Below, piece by piece: positions 26,303 through 41,152 of a DNA stretch of 64,000 nucleotides. Source of the DNA: Flaccisagitta enflata (lineage: Eukaryota); contig OZ231126.1 of NCBI GenBank assembly GCA_965153355.1, positions 1,178,001-1,242,000 of the forward strand, in the 5' to 3' direction. Position numbers and translations under genes: made by a program. The notes beneath the pieces are model-generated. The model did not search any database. It saw nothing but the letters and a program-made list of their open reading frames with translations, and had not been told where the DNA came from. Position 1 is the first letter of the stretch. Every line of letters starts with the position of its first letter.

Positions 26303-26575
26303 GGGACTTAAAGCCAAGGAAAAACAATCAGCGACTGACAAGACTAAGAAGCAAGAGCACGACTGACGTGAGTAAGAACATGACCTGCATGACTGGAAAC
26401 GAAGGGGCCTGGCCTGACACGTTGCCGTATGCGCACATGTTCATGGAAAACACCAGCGTTTAAAAATGACACAACGATATGCCTGGAAGCCAGTTTGACT
26501 GGATGAAAAAAAAACACTGTCAGGAACGTAAACATCATCTAAAATGTTTACTGATGCGCGACGGGAGGTGTGCGT

Positions 26576-26645
<70 letters not shown>

Positions 26646-27128
26646 GAGAAGATAGAATTGTCAAATTAAGTCTCAGCCGAGTGCCATGGACAAAACCAGG
26701 TATTGGAAATTCAATAATACACGGTTTGTCTCGCTTAAGTCACTTTTTTGTCTTGATTTTCGATTACTAGTCGTGTACACGCAACTCAATCTGTCGCTTT
26801 GTCCGTCCGTCGGTTGGTTGCTTGGTCAGTCCGTCTGACGTCGATCGCATTTTAACGTCAGCGCTCATGTTTGAATAAATGATTCACTTTGGTGCTTTCC
26901 ATTTGTCAAACTAAACATCTCGGTTCTTAAAGTATGTCACATGGTGCACTCATGATGGGTTAGACCATAGCTCCCAGAGGCAAATATTCAAATTGACAAA
27001 GTGGATGTAACGGGAAATGCGTGCAAAAAAAAAAAAAAAAAAAAAGAGAGATCAAGGGGAAAAAATCTAGAAGAATCTGAATGAAAGAAATTTAAAGGAA
27101 GTAAAAGAATGGAAACGGGCAGAAAGAT

Positions 27129-27183
<55 letters not shown>

Positions 27184-28838
27184 AGGCAAGGTAGAGAACA
27201 CAGAAAGAACAACCCCCACAGCCAACTGCACCGTGCGTGCTTCCATTAGCTCGCGTGACCTCTCGACCCGATTGGAGCTTACTACCACGACCAGGGTATG
27301 CTGGGAAGGACACACTGCACTGAGAAGGTGTACGCACAACGCTGCCGCCGTTTCCGCCGTTTCTGCTGCCGCCACTACCGCCGCTGCAGCTACCACCACT
27401 ACCGCCAACATCGCCGCTGCCGCCTTTGTCCCCGCTGCCGCCACTACCATATGCACCACCGCCATCCCCGCTGCCACTGCCAACACTACCGCCACCACCG
27501 CTGCTGCAGCCTTCGTCCCCGCTGCCGCCACTACCGTCACCACCGCCGCCGTCGCCGCAGCCGCCGCCAACACCGCCACTACCCCGCCGCTGCCGCTGCC
27601 GCCGACACCGCCGCCGCCGCTGCGTCCGATTCTTCTGCACAAGAAACTGCCGGGATGTCAAAAAATGGGCACAGTTCAACCGCTCGAAGGACCTCTAATG
27701 TTGCACCCGAGTGCGCCTAGATGCCATGAAATAGGCATAATGGAGAAACAGGAGCCCGATTGGGCAACGATGGGTCCTGGTTTTGGGCGCATCGACGAAA
27801 GTTGGATGAGTGATGGTCAAAGGTTTTTTGGAAAGAGAGACAGGGTCACAGGAACAGTTTTTAGTTCCGTGTATGCGACTCTACATCCCGCTTCATCCGT
27901 TCATCGGTCCGCCGGTCTGTCTGTCCCATTTTTGCATGTACAGTGAGATTTTACGGAAACCTATGTCATCTTAAGTCGACCTAGATCATCTCAAGTCATA
28001 TCAAGTCATTTTGAGTTATTTTCGATCATTTCAAGTCGTTCTAAATCATTCAAAGTCATTCAACGTCATTTCAACTTGGAATTCAAGCCAATCGATTGAA
28101 TCAACAGCGTTTGGTCGATTCAGTTATTGTTGGTGTTGGCCTTGTTTTTACAGTTTCCGATGCGTCAAACGTAAGACATCATGTTTTATAAAGGTGTAAC
28201 GTACATACCGACGGACGTGCGTGTGGGTTTAGTCTCCTAATTTGCCAACCCGCGCATTGGTGTCCTCTCATGCTTGATGATTTTTTCATGCTTGATTTTA
28301 TGGCGACCTCTTTTCAGTGAGCAAGAATGCGCTTGGCCGGGTCTAATGAGTGGATGTAGACCACGGATTTGAATTTTGAGCTTTTGTCTTTTTATTTGAG
28401 TGGATGAAAGATGAAAGGATGTTGAAATCTCGAATCAGGAATAATTTGTCATTTAAGTATACTAATCGCATATTTTTTAAAACCCTCTTTTACATTTCCT
28501 TTTCAATCCTCGATTTAGGAGGTGAGGATAATCTCGGCTTTTTTACTTGTTCAAAATCGCACTGAGTTACATTTGTTAAAATATGGTGGATGAGATAGAA
28601 TCATAGCTCGTAATTCGTAACTATTGCATGATTTTGGTCGCGCTACCAAAGAAAAATGTCATGGACGTACTTGTTTTTGCACCGCAATGCAGTGACTGCA
28701 TGAATGTAAGATCAAGTGACCTGAAATACGGCTCCTGCCCACCCGCACGCGACTGGGGTAGCCGTGTATATATCCGGCCTTGTTTGTGCTGATTACTGAA
28801 AATGATGACTCGATATTATACTCTTTTATTTTCCTTAG

Positions 28839-28910
28839 TTGGTGACGACGAAGGAGATGAGATGCAGCAATCTCACATTTCCACCTCCTCCAATATCAAC
28901 TCGGATGAAG
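28839..28910 (+). CDS. 72-nt internal exon, acidic/Ser-rich, phase-compatible with 24221-24323
   Basis: Acceptor tttattttccttag| and donor AAG|GTAAGT. Translation (V)GDDEGDEMQQSHISTSSNINSDE, phase 1-1. Confidence 0.6.
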
Positions 28911-29428
28911 GTAAGTCAACACAAACATGTAAACAGTGTCATCCATCAAGATATAAACATTTTAGTAATCATAACCAATCAAGCAAGTAATCAGAGGTTA
29001 CAAAATCGTCGCGGACAACGGGCGTACAACTCCCTCCTCCTTCCCCTACACATGCTCACTTGACACATCACAGCCGCAGCATCTCAATTGTGTGTTTTCA
29101 CACTAATTGCCTCGTTCATTATGGATGGGCGGATAGATAGGTGGACGGACGGACAAAGCCTATTTAAAATAGAGTCGCTTGTCCGCGACTAAAAATGAGT
29201 TATTTTCCTATCAAACAACCGACAAACTCAGAACTTAGAACAAACACAGAGGCCGTGTATCCGGTGCTGTTTGATTACGCCTTCAAGGCAATCGTACTCC
29301 TTCAACTTTTACGCTCAGTTCATAGACTTTTAACTAACTCAACGAGATTTAATGTGAACATCGCCAAGAAAAAGAGGGGAAACAACTAAAGCGTCATCCA
29401 TCGGCCATCAAGGCAACTACTAGGGGAT

Positions 29429-29486
<58 letters not shown>

Positions 29487-29538
29487 GGGCAGGACGCCAG
29501 ATATGCATGTTTTCACATACTCAAACTCGTGCTCACCA

Positions 29539-29572
<34 letters not shown>

Positions 29573-29681
29573 AAAAAGCTCTTATAGAGTTGCGTGTCCG
29601 CAACTAAAAATGAGGGTAAAAACTAAAAGCCCCAAAGATCTAAAGCGGAAGCACTGGCTTTAGCCCAACACAATATATGAT

Positions 29682-29747
<66 letters not shown>

Positions 29748-30421
29748 TCCAAACAAGGACAAAGAGAGACAAAAAGAGATAGAAGGTTACTCAGAGAGCC
29801 ACGGAACGAAAAATGGACAGACAGAGAATGGAAAAGATTAACAAGGCTGAATACACGGCTTCCCAAGTCGCATGCGGGTGGGCAGGGGCAGAAATGCATA
29901 TATCGCCTGTAAACGCCGAAAAAGTAGAAAAAGTAAGATGTGACCAACCGAGCGACCGAAGGACAGACAAAGCGGAGTATAGAGTCGCGCAGCACACGAC
30001 CTAAAAGAGAATAATGAGTTGATAAAAAGAATAGAAAAAGAAAAAGACAGAAAAAGAAAGCCAGCATGTGGGAAACAAGGCCGGATACTCGGCAATCCAG
30101 TCGCGGACAGTCGGGCAAGAGCAGCACTGCGAAAACTGCTCAGAATTCAGAAATGTGACCGACAGACGGACCGACGGACGGACCGACGGACGGACCGACC
30201 GACACAGTAAGGTGTAGAGTCGCGTTCCCGCGACTAAAAACAAAAAGAGAGAGAAAAGAATGTGAGCGAGAAAAAGCTTTTGCTTGGGCTTTGGAGCACA
30301 CCAAAGAAAAAAAGAAAAATCAGAGCCAGAGAAGAAAAATGAGTTCAGAAAAATGAAGAGAAGGAAAGGATGATACCAGTGGAGGAAGGATGTAACAATA
30401 GATGGACACACACACACACAG

Positions 30422-30484
<63 letters not shown>

Positions 30485-30571
30485 CAAACAATCACAAAAA
30501 CAAACACACACACACTCACACACACACTCACACACAGACACACAGACACACACACACACACACACACATAT

Positions 30572-30624
<53 letters not shown>

Positions 30625-30783
30625 CTTACATCACTTTCGTTTCGCAACTGACATCTTTGCAAAAGTCAGATTGTGGCCGCAATACCATGAATCAATTCTC
30701 TGCAAATGGAGAGATGCTGCACAGTACACAAGATTACCCTATCAAGTGACACAGAATCAAAGGCTTTCCACGCTGATATGTTA

Positions 30784-31742
30784 ACTATGGCAAAAAAAAA
30801 CCGAACAGTTACTTCTTTTGCTCATAAATCCTTTGAAAATTCACCAGTGAGCTGAAATTTTACTGAGTTACTTTTTAGTATCATTGAGCATCACCTAAAA
30901 ATCAATGACCTGCTCTAAATAGTTTAAATTATAGTTTTTAGTGCTTGTCAGATGATCAGAAATTCAATACACACACATAAGAATTTACAAAGAATGAATA
31001 AACAAACTTTAAAAAACCGTACTAAATCTAGTCGGATTTTGATGAAATTTGTAGTGAAGGTAGACCACATTGTCAGCAAGCTGTGATAAAAATTTCATTA
31101 CGATACTCCGATTACTTTAGCAGAAACAGCAAGTTTTCCTAAACTTTTTTTATGGTTTTAAGAATGCAGTAAATGAAGATGAAACCTGAAATATAAATCA
31201 ACGCTAAGGCCATAGTTTTTTACCAATTATCATGATTTTTAAACTGGTAACTTTTGTACATATGGTGCATCTCCAGTAAAATTTTTGTTAAGATTGAAGC
31301 ATTTTTAGTGCCCCAAATCGCAAAAATATTCTAACAGGTAGCAGAATATTTCTTATGCTGAGCAAGCTTACAATCAACCAATATCTACCCCATTAGACTT
31401 CATCTGAGTAAAATAAAATTTTGCCTAGTATTAGTAAATAGCACCATCAGACTGCAGTTCAAAAATCATAACAAAACTCCCAAAACTGTTTGCACAATGC
31501 CAATTTTAATAAGAATAGTGTGATTTTTATTTAGGATAAAAGTTATCTCTGGCAGTCCAAAAAAAAGGTTACTTCAGTGAAAACGTGATAACGCTGAAGA
31601 TTTCAACGGATTTGGATGAAATTTTAATCAGAGATAGTCAAAATCATGATTATTATCCGCTATAAATTTTATGCAAATTAGTCAACATCTTCATACGTTT
31701 TTGCTCTCTCAAAATTTGTTCGGTTTTTTATTTTGCCATAGT
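30784..31742. mobile_element. Non-autonomous TIR element flanked by TA
   Basis: TA|ACTATGGCAAAAAAAAAACCGAACA ... TGTTCGGTTTTTTATTTTGCCATAGT|TA. Confidence 0.75.
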
Positions 31743-32035
31743 TATTTATCTAAAGCATGCAGGATTGGTTGAACAGTTAAGTGGTGCAAAAATTGCGAAA
31801 TAAAAATACAAAATGTATAAAATGGACTACAAATGACTCTAGGTGGTATCACTTCAACCGTATCAGAAAATTTAACCTAGACTCAATATTCAAATGGCAA
31901 TGCTATATGTCAAAGACACAGGACAAAACGAGGATAAAAGCGGGATTTAATCCCGTTGTGCTCATACTGGACTCAAAAAACCAAAAAGTCTTTTAAAGCT
32001 AAATGAGGAAACTGAAGTCAAAAGAGGTCAATTGT

Positions 32036-32076
<41 letters not shown>

Positions 32077-32466
32077 TCCAAACAAGGACAAAAAGAGACA
32101 ACCAAACAAGGACAAAGAGAGACAGAAAGAGATAGAAGGTTACACAGAGATCCACAGAACGAAAAATGGACAGACAGAGAATGGAAAAAGATTAACAAGG
32201 CCGAATACACGGCTTCCCAGTCGCGTGCGGGTGGGCAGGGGCAGAAATGCAAATACCGCCTGTAAACGTCGAAAAAGTAAAAAAAGTAAGATGTGACCAA
32301 CCGACCGACCGACCGAACGAAGGACAGACAAAGCGGAGTATAGAGTTACGCAGTACACGACTTAAAAGAGAATGAGTTGATAAAAAAAATAGAAAAAGAA
32401 AAAGACAGAAAAAGAAAGCTAGTATGGAGGAAAAAAAGAAAGAGAGAAAAAGATATTTCGGGCGAG

Positions 32467-35400
32467 ATTTTGCACACAAGTTGCCAAGCACCTGGGGGAT
32501 CTTCATGCAAAATTTTAGGCCATATGGCCAAGTTTAGGTTACATTTGTTGGCTAAAAATCCCTAAAAAACGCCCAAAAAATGCAAAAAACTGGTTTTTAG
32601 CCATATAGGCCAAACTATGTGTCTTACTATCATTAAATTTGGCATTGATGGACTTGACCTCAACATATACCTGCATTAAAAATTTCGTTGGCTTGTGATG
32701 AACCATTTTCTCTAAATTCAACTTTGAATTTTTTCAAAATTTTGCATTTTCATTTTTGAAATACATTTCTAGTTTTTTCAACCAAGATAGAGTGTATTTT
32801 GATGCACACTATGAGAATTTATTCTTCATAAACGTATTCACTTGGGTGCAAAATTTTACAATGGTCCAATAACACCAAAAACCTAAAATCACTGCTCAAA
32901 ATCATGATATTAGGGGTACAAAATTTTGCATTTTTGGACATCTTAGGACACATTGGCTCGCTACAGCCAAACGCCTTGAGTTAGTGGCCCAAAATTTTGC
33001 ACACAGCTTGCCAAGCACCAGGGCCATCTTTTTTGCAAAATTTCAGCTTATACCTCAAATGCTGAGAAGGATTTTTGGCCTAAAAATCCCCAAAAAAGGC
33101 CTTAAAATGCAAAAAAATGTTTTTAGCCATATAAATGACGATATGTCCACACTGTCAATAGAATTTTGCATGCCTGAACTTGACCTCAATATGTTACCTG
33201 CATGAAAAAGGCTGTTGGCCTGTGATAAACCTTTACTCAAAATTTACCTTTTAATTTTTTCAAAATTTTGCATTTTCATTTTTGAAATACATTTCTGATT
33301 TTTTCAACAAAGATAGAGTGTATTTTGATGCAGATTTTGAGAATTTATTCTTCATAAGCATATTCACTTGGGTGCAAAATTGTACAATGGTCCAATAACT
33401 CCAAAAACCTAAAATCACTGCTCAAAATCATGATATTAGGGGTACAAAATTTTGCATTTTTGGACATCTTAGGATATTTTGGCTGGCTACAGCCAAACGC
33501 CTTGAGTTAGTGGCCCAAAATTTTGCACACAGCTTGCCAAGCACCAGGGCCATCTTTTTGCAAAGTTTTAGCTTATACATCAAATGCTGAGAATGATTTT
33601 TGGCCTAAAAATCCCCAAAAAAGGCCCAAAAAATGCAAAAAAATGGTTTTTTAGCCATATAGGCCAAACGATGTGTCACACTATCATGAAATTTTGCATG
33701 CCTGGACTTGACCTCAATATTTACCTGCATGAAAAATTTCATTGGCCTGTGATAAACCAATTTTTTCAAAATTCAATTTTGAATTTTTTTCAACAAGGCC
33801 AACACCTATAGGTCACATGCGAGACTTACAGATTGACTTAAAATGCCTTAGAATGACTTGGAATGACTTAATATACCCTTTAAATGACTTAAAATCACTC
33901 AAAGAAATAAAATTGATAAAAAAAGTAAAAGTGTGACCGACAGACCAACAGACCGACCAACCGACGGACAGACAAATTTTATCACAGGCCAATGAATTTT
34001 TTCATGCAGGTACATATTCAAAAGTGATAAAAAGTAGAGTGTGACCGATCAACAAACAGACCGATGGACGAGAGTCGAGTGCTTGCGACTGAAAGTATTT
34101 GCTTAATTTTAGATCAACATTTCAAATGTTTTTCTAGGAGGTGATAAACTTTTGAGTAGGGTAGTAAGCAGTGCATTTATACCCTTATTGATGATGATGT
34201 ACAAAATTAGCCATATTTAATATCAGAGAGAAATACAGGGGTGTATATAGTTCCATGACCTCTGATTAATTTTCCCTCCTGCCTTTGATTAACTTCCCTG
34301 CCACACATTTTATCATATTACAAAATCTATGATTTTCTTCCCCAGATATGAATAAAACAGTGTTTTTGGGCAGCGGCCCCAAAGGGGATGAAGTCCTGTA
34401 GAACACAGGGGGAATATGTCCATCTGTCTGTACTTACGTATGTGCATCTATACGTACGTCTGTCCCACCCGCCTCATCCTCACGGCTTTGTCTCCTTTTG
34501 GGTCTATTCTGACCCAAAGACTGCCAAATAACCCAAATCCAAGCAATATGGCCTAAATTTAAGCAATATGGCCTAGATCTAAATATAATGGCCTAAATCA
34601 AAGCAATATAGCCCAAATTTGGCCCCAGGTACATGATTTTGGTCCCTTAGACCAATATTGTGTCTTCCCATACCTACATTCTGACCAGATCTGGGCCATT
34701 TTGCTTGGATTTGGGCCATTATGCTTGGATCTAGATCATTTTGCTCAGATTTGGGCTGTAATTCTTGGATTTGGGCTATTTGGAAGAATTTGGGTCAGAA
34801 TAGACTCCACAGGAGACAAAGCCTTGAGGTTGGATTGGGGGATGAACGGATAGAGGGATGTACATACAGAGGGACAGACAGATTCCCCCTGTGATCAACA
34901 TGACTTTGTCCACTTTGGGGCCCTTGCCCTGCTGACCCTCAACTTTATTCACATACCACTCAAGCAGGGTATAGGTACCGCTGACCACTTACTGTCTTTA
35001 GGCTGCCATTAAGGTTTAAATGCTATTAGAATGTGTTTTACTAATCAGTTTTTGTGATTTGGTACTGCAAAAAGTTTTTTTTTCTTTTTTTCTCTTTTTT
35101 CCTCCTTGATTTCCTTCCCCATTTCCAAACCCTTTGATCAATTTCCCCCTTCCCCCACCGAGGGGGTAGTGTAGAACTATATACAGGCCTGGAGAAATAT
35201 CCTTTTCATTGTTTATCCATAATACAATCTTCATCAATTTGGATTTTACAGCATGTTTTTTCTTATTCCTTCCATTTGAAAATATAGGAACTGAATTTAA
35301 TGTTTAGTATTGAACATATTCAAAATCTAAAAAAAAGTTCTTTAACTGAATGATATAGGATTTCTAACTATAGCAAAAATAAAGATAAAAACATACCTAA

Positions 35401-38400
35401 TTAAGAGAAAAATTTGGAAGCTTGCTCAATTGTTAGTTGGCGTATCAAAAATTGAAAAAAAATCTGATGTCTTAGGCAAAAACAGGAGTTTTTTTCATTC
35501 CATTTTTAGTCGCGTGCACGCGACTCTACAACCCGCTTTGTCCGTTGGTTGGTCGGTCGGTCGGTCAGTTAGTCGGTTGGTCACACTTTACTTTGTTTTA
35601 TGATTTTATTCTTTTGACCTCACTGCTCCTGCCCAAATTGCCTGGTGACCTCAAATATGGCCCCTGCCCACCCACACGCGACTTAGGTAGCCGTGTATCC
35701 TGCCTTGTTGATTATACAGACTGGTTTTCTGACATCATGATTTATAGAATTATGATGAATATTCTGGCTCAATGTTATTACAGTTCAGAAAAATCATGCT
35801 GTACCAAGATAACTTTTAGTATTTTTGTTCAAATTTTCTCTTTATATTTGTTGTTTGAAAAAAAATTAATTGACCATTTTAGGTCACATATTGATCTGTA
35901 TGTTGATCATTGTGATTATTTGATTTAATTTACCATTATACCTCCATTTGGGCAGTTGCATTACAATCTGTGATATTCTGAACCTAAGTTTCTTGTATTG
36001 ATTAAGTTAAGGTAGTCAGGAACAAATATTTGAGCCATAGACCTTAGAGATGCTCCATTTGATAGGCATTACCATGACTATGCAAAATATTATGATAGGG
36101 AGATATGTGATTTGGCAGTTATGGCTGAAATAGTAACCTAAACTTTGTCTTATAGCTTGAAATTTTGCATAAAGATGCTCCTGGTGCAAAGCAACTTGAA
36201 TGTAAAATTTGAGGCTAATGCTTGAATATAGCAAGACCATATGTCTGAGGATATTCAAAAATGCAAAATTTTGGATAGCTGATTTTATGCCTCTGAGTAG
36301 TACTTATGAGCTATTGGACCATTGTGAAGTTTTGCAGCCAAGTAAATATGCTTTTGAGGAATAGATTCTTAAAGCCTGCATCAAAATATAAGCTATCTTG
36401 GTTAAAAAACAAGATAACTGTATTTTGAAAAACGATGCAAAATTTTCAAAAAAAAAAAAAAAAAAAATAAAAAAAACAAAAACTAAATTGTGGAAAAATG
36501 GCTTATCTTGGGCAAATAAAATTTGTCATACAGAATTCATAAATTCCACACATATAAAATCTTTTGATAAAGAGACAGATATAGCAAAAAAAAACACATT
36601 TTCTGCATTTAACGGACATTGCTAGGCATTTCTAGGCTAAAAAACTTCAATAGCCTTTGATTTTGCAAAAAGATTTTGCAAAAAGATTTTGCAAAAAGAT
36701 GCACCTGGTGCTTGGTAACTTGTGTGCAAAATTTGGGGCCACTGGCCCAAAGCGCTTGGCCATAGCAAGACCAAATGTCTTAAAATATTAAAAAATGCAA
36801 AATTTTGGACCCCTAATTTCATGTTGAGCAGTAATTTAGATTTTCAGAGCCATTGGACCTTTAAAAAAATTTCCATCTCAATGAATTTACTCATGGAGAA
36901 TAGATTTTCAAAGCCTGTATCAATATGCACCCTATCTTTATCAAAAAAATGAAATTGATGAAAAATGCAAAATTTTTCAAACAAATTCAAAATTGAATTT
37001 TGAAAAAATTGGTTTATCACAGGCCAATGAAATTTTTCATGCAGGTACATATTGAGGTCAAGTCCAGGCATGCAAAATTTTATGATAGTGTGACACATCG
37101 TTTGGCCTATATGGCTAAAAAACCATTTTTTTTTGCATTTTTTGGGCCTTTTTTGGGGATTTTTAAGCCAAAAATCATTCTCAGCATTAGATGTATAAGC
37201 TGAAATTTTGCAAAAAGATGGCCCTGGTGCTTGGCAAGCTGTGTGCAAAATTTTGGGCCACTAACTCAAGGCGTTTGGCTGTAGCCAGCCAAAATGTCCT
37301 AAGATGTCCAAAAATGCAAAATTCTGTACCCCTAATATCATGATTTTGAGCAGTGATTTTAGGTTTTTGGAATTATTGGACCATTGTACAATTTTGCACC
37401 CAAGTGAATATGCTTATGAAGAATATATTCTCAAGATGTGCATCAAAATACACTCTATCTTGGTTGAAAAAATCAGAAATGTATTTCAAAAAAGAAATGC
37501 AAAATTTTGAAAAAATTAAAAGTTGAATTTTGAGAAAACGGTTTATCACAGGCCAATGAAATTTTTCATGCAGGTACATATTGAGGTCAAGTCCAGGCAT
37601 GCAAAATTTTATGATAGTGTGACACATTGCTTGGCCTATATGGCTAAAAAAACCTTTTTTTGCATTTTTTGGGCCTTTTTTGGGGATTTTTAGGCCAAAA
37701 ATCCTTCTCAGCATTTGAGGTATAAGCTGAAATTTTGCAAAAAGATGGCCGTAGTGCTTGGCACGCTGTGTGCAAAATTTTGGGCCACTAACTCAAGGCG
37801 TTTGGCTGTAGCGAGCCAAAGTGTCCTAAGATGTCCAAAAATGCAAAATATTGTACCCCTAATATCATGATTTTAAGCAGTGATTTTAGGTTTTTGGTGT
37901 TATTGGACCATTGTAAAATTTTGCACCCAAGTGAATACGCTTATGAAGAATAAATTCTCATAGTGTGCATCAAAATACACTCTATCTTGGTTGAAAAAAC
38001 TAGAAATGTATTTCAAAAATGAAAATGCAAAATTTTGAAAAAATTCAATGTTGAATTTAGAGAAAACGGTTCATCACAAGCCAACAAAATTTTTCATGCA
38101 GGTACATGTTGAGGTCAAGTCCATCAATGCCAAATTTAATGATAGTGAGACACATAGTTTGGCCTATATGGCTAAAAAACCAGTTTTTTGCATTTTTTGG
38201 GCGTTTTTTAGGGATTTTTAGCCAAAAAATGTAACCTAAACTTGGCCATATGGCCTAAAATTTTGCATGAAGATGCCCCAGGTGCTTGGCAACTTGTGTG
38301 CAAAATTTGGGGCAATTAGCGCAAAGGGTTTGGCCGTAGCGGTGCCGAATGTCCAAAGGTATCCAAAAATGCAAAATTTTTGGCGCCTAATTTTCAGACT

Positions 38401-39040
38401 TTAAACCGTTTTTTTGTGTTTTTTTGTTTTTGGACCATTATAAAACTTTGCAGTCAAGTAATTATGCCTATGGAGGACTGATTCCTGGAGCTGGCATCAA
38501 AAATTAGGCTATTTTTACCAAATTAGCTTTTTTTGAAAATTGGGTGCAGATTTTGCTATCCAGTTTTTTGGTTTCTTAGCCATAACGGGAGCAAAACTGA
38601 ATATTTTTTTGATCTGTTTTTTTCAGTAGGTGCCAAATGGTCAAAGTAATATCCATGCAAAATTTGGGGGTCTAAAAATGATTATTTCAATTTTTTTGGC
38701 CAAAAACCAAATATAGCGTTTTTTTGAAAAACGTACCCAGACTTTAAACAGCCATAACTCTGCTTTTTGTGAACGGATTTTGATAAAATTTGGTATGGAA
38801 GTAAAAAAAAGCTATATTTTGCTTCAACTAAATTTTTATGATGATCCGTTAAACGGTTTGGCGTTGGCGCTATTTTGAAATTTTTTTTTGAGAAAAAATG
38901 CATTTTTTAGGTAGGTCCATAAACAATTCAGACATGCACCGATCCTAGTCTTGTTCGGCATCAAAAACTGACCCTGTATGCAAATTTTCAAGCTTTGCTG
39001 CAGAATCGCCGATGCTTTTTTTTAAAAGCCTGGACTAATT
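32467..39040. mobile_element. Large foldback-type structure: inverted arms built of ~527-bp tandem units
   Basis: 32467-33790 is the near-identical reverse complement of about 36970-38308. The unit period is visible (gtgtgcaaaa at 37241 and 37768), with about 5 units in the right arm. Confidence 0.8.
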
Positions 39041-39789
39041 TCATTGAAAAGATTCATTTTGACCGGAATGTGGAGAAATGTCGGTCCTGCTGTATTTAAC
39101 AAACACAGGCCAATAAACTTAACTGCCAAAACAGCTAGAGCAGGGACAATTGGGCATTGATGTAAAAAGGGAAACTCACGGCATGGGCTGGGGTTTACGT
39201 ACAATAAATCACTACCTCAAAAATACAAGTCAACCTACTAACACAAAGTTTTTGATTTTTTTTTTCATGCGATTACTTCATTTAAATCAATTTACTTTTT
39301 TGATAATTTCTTGGATTAAAACAGCATTCAGCAACGCAGCAATCGCAGCATGAGCATGATTTGATTTTCTGCGAGTTTCCCTTGTAACTTAGCAGTCACC
39401 CCAGGGTGTAGCTGGAACAGAGGAGACACAAAGGGACAGGAAAGACACTATGGATGAATCTTGATGATTGCATGATAATGAGGCAAGAGACTCTGAGACT
39501 CAAGGCGCTGCCCAGAGCTGAGGAAGAAGAGGGGGCTTGGAATAGAGGGGGGGGTGAAAGCGGGAGGCGTAGCTTACGCTATGACTTTTCCTTACTTAAG
39601 CGTAAATTCTCCCGCGTGATAGCATCACCAATGAGCAAAAGTTGAAGGCTTAAAAGAAAAAAAAGTCTGATCCTCATAAAAGGCGTGGATTTCCATCTCT
39701 GATCTTTCTCTCGGCGCATGTTTACCGTTTACTTCGATCTCCAACTCCGAAAAAAAGAAAAGTAAAGAAATGCCATTGTCTGAAATAGT

Positions 39790-40025
39790 CAGGATGTGTC
39801 TGCCTAATTGTATGTCTCACTGACGTTTTTAGGCTGTGTCTGCCTGACTGACAGTATCAGGCTGGGTCTGCCTGATTGAGAGTGTCAGGCTGAATCTGCC
39901 TGACTGACAGCTGTGTCTGCATGACTGGCAATGTCAGGCTGTGTCTGCCTGACTGACAATGTCAGGTTGTGTCAACCGGACTGACAGTGACATGCTATGT
40001 ATGTCTGACTGACAGTGTCAGCCCG
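39790..40025. repeat. ~28-bp minisatellite (gtcaggctgtgtctgcctgactgacagt)n
   Basis: Directly visible degenerate tandem units. Confidence 0.85.
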
Positions 40026-41152
40026 ACAAGCGAGAAAATGTAGAGGCTCTCCGCGTTTGCGCAATTAAGGTGTCTTGAGCTCTTTTAAATCAATTATGAA
40101 TTCAAATCAATTATGAATTTTCTTTTGAATCTCTGCCTCAGTTGCAAAACCTCTCTTTTCATAGAATATGAGTTCATTGACTCGTTGGTAATTCAACTAC
40201 AGTTGGAAAGCTTAATTTTTTGCCTATACTATGGTTTGATCAATGTAAATAAAAGAATAGGGTTTATGTATGTATTTATAATACTGTGATACACAGAAAA
40301 TAACTAGGGCTTTACAATCATGTGGCATTCATGATAAATACCGCTGTTTCATTTTATCCGCCTTTGCTCGTCTTCTTTGCACTGTGCTTTCAGAGTAATT
40401 CTGAGTGAAAAAACATAAAACAATTAGTTTTTCTGCAGCTTTTTTTAGTATAGGGGTGTAATAACATATAACTAGCAAAAAACAAAATCATTCACAAAGC
40501 GCTTTTTTAATGCAGATTCTACTGAGTTGAATTGACTCATTTTCTGATTGAATATTGTCAATCCTTGCAAAATTCCTTTTCATTTGATAGGTCGCACATC
40601 TATATTTTTGTAAAGATTTAAAATTTTCATCTTTTGAGTTGCCATTACCATTACCATTTGATTTTTTGAGTTACCATTACTAAAGTAGCAGATTCAAAAC
40701 CCCATTGTCATATGAACTTTCACTCAGATTTTTTTGAAAGCACATTGTTTGGTGGGGGAAGGTTCAGGGCGTGTGTGTATATGGGTTTGCGACGGGCATT
40801 AGGTTGGTGTGCATATCAATGTATCCTATTTCTTATTGAAAAGCTTAGAACTTCTTTGACATTCAATCCATTTATCAATTTCACTAGTTCCGGCTCTTCA
40901 ACTGAAAATCCGCAGTATCAGTAGTCACGCGATCACGCGCGCGAGTAAAGACAGTTTTGAGCTGTCTAAAGTTATGTCCGTTCTCGGGTCGTAAAACTGC
41001 ACAAGATTCGCCGCGTCCTCCTCCTCCTCCCTCTCCTACGATCCTACCCTCCTCCTTCCCCCCCTCTTCATCTAACTTCTTAACGACCTTGGAGTTAAAA
41101 ATACTGCTGTCCAAAATTCGAGACTTTGGGGGAAAATTCTTCTTAAACATTT

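Noticed and set aside
27067-27946. Ala/Thr/Pro/Gly-rich ORFs on both strands
   Set aside because: GC-rich trinucleotide-like repeat open in most frames. No recognisable domain or convincing pair of splice sites.
29329-29430. VHRLLTNSTRFNVN, resembling the missing TRPC ankyrin 1-2 junction
   Set aside because: In-frame TAA shortly after and no usable donor; the similarity is too weak.
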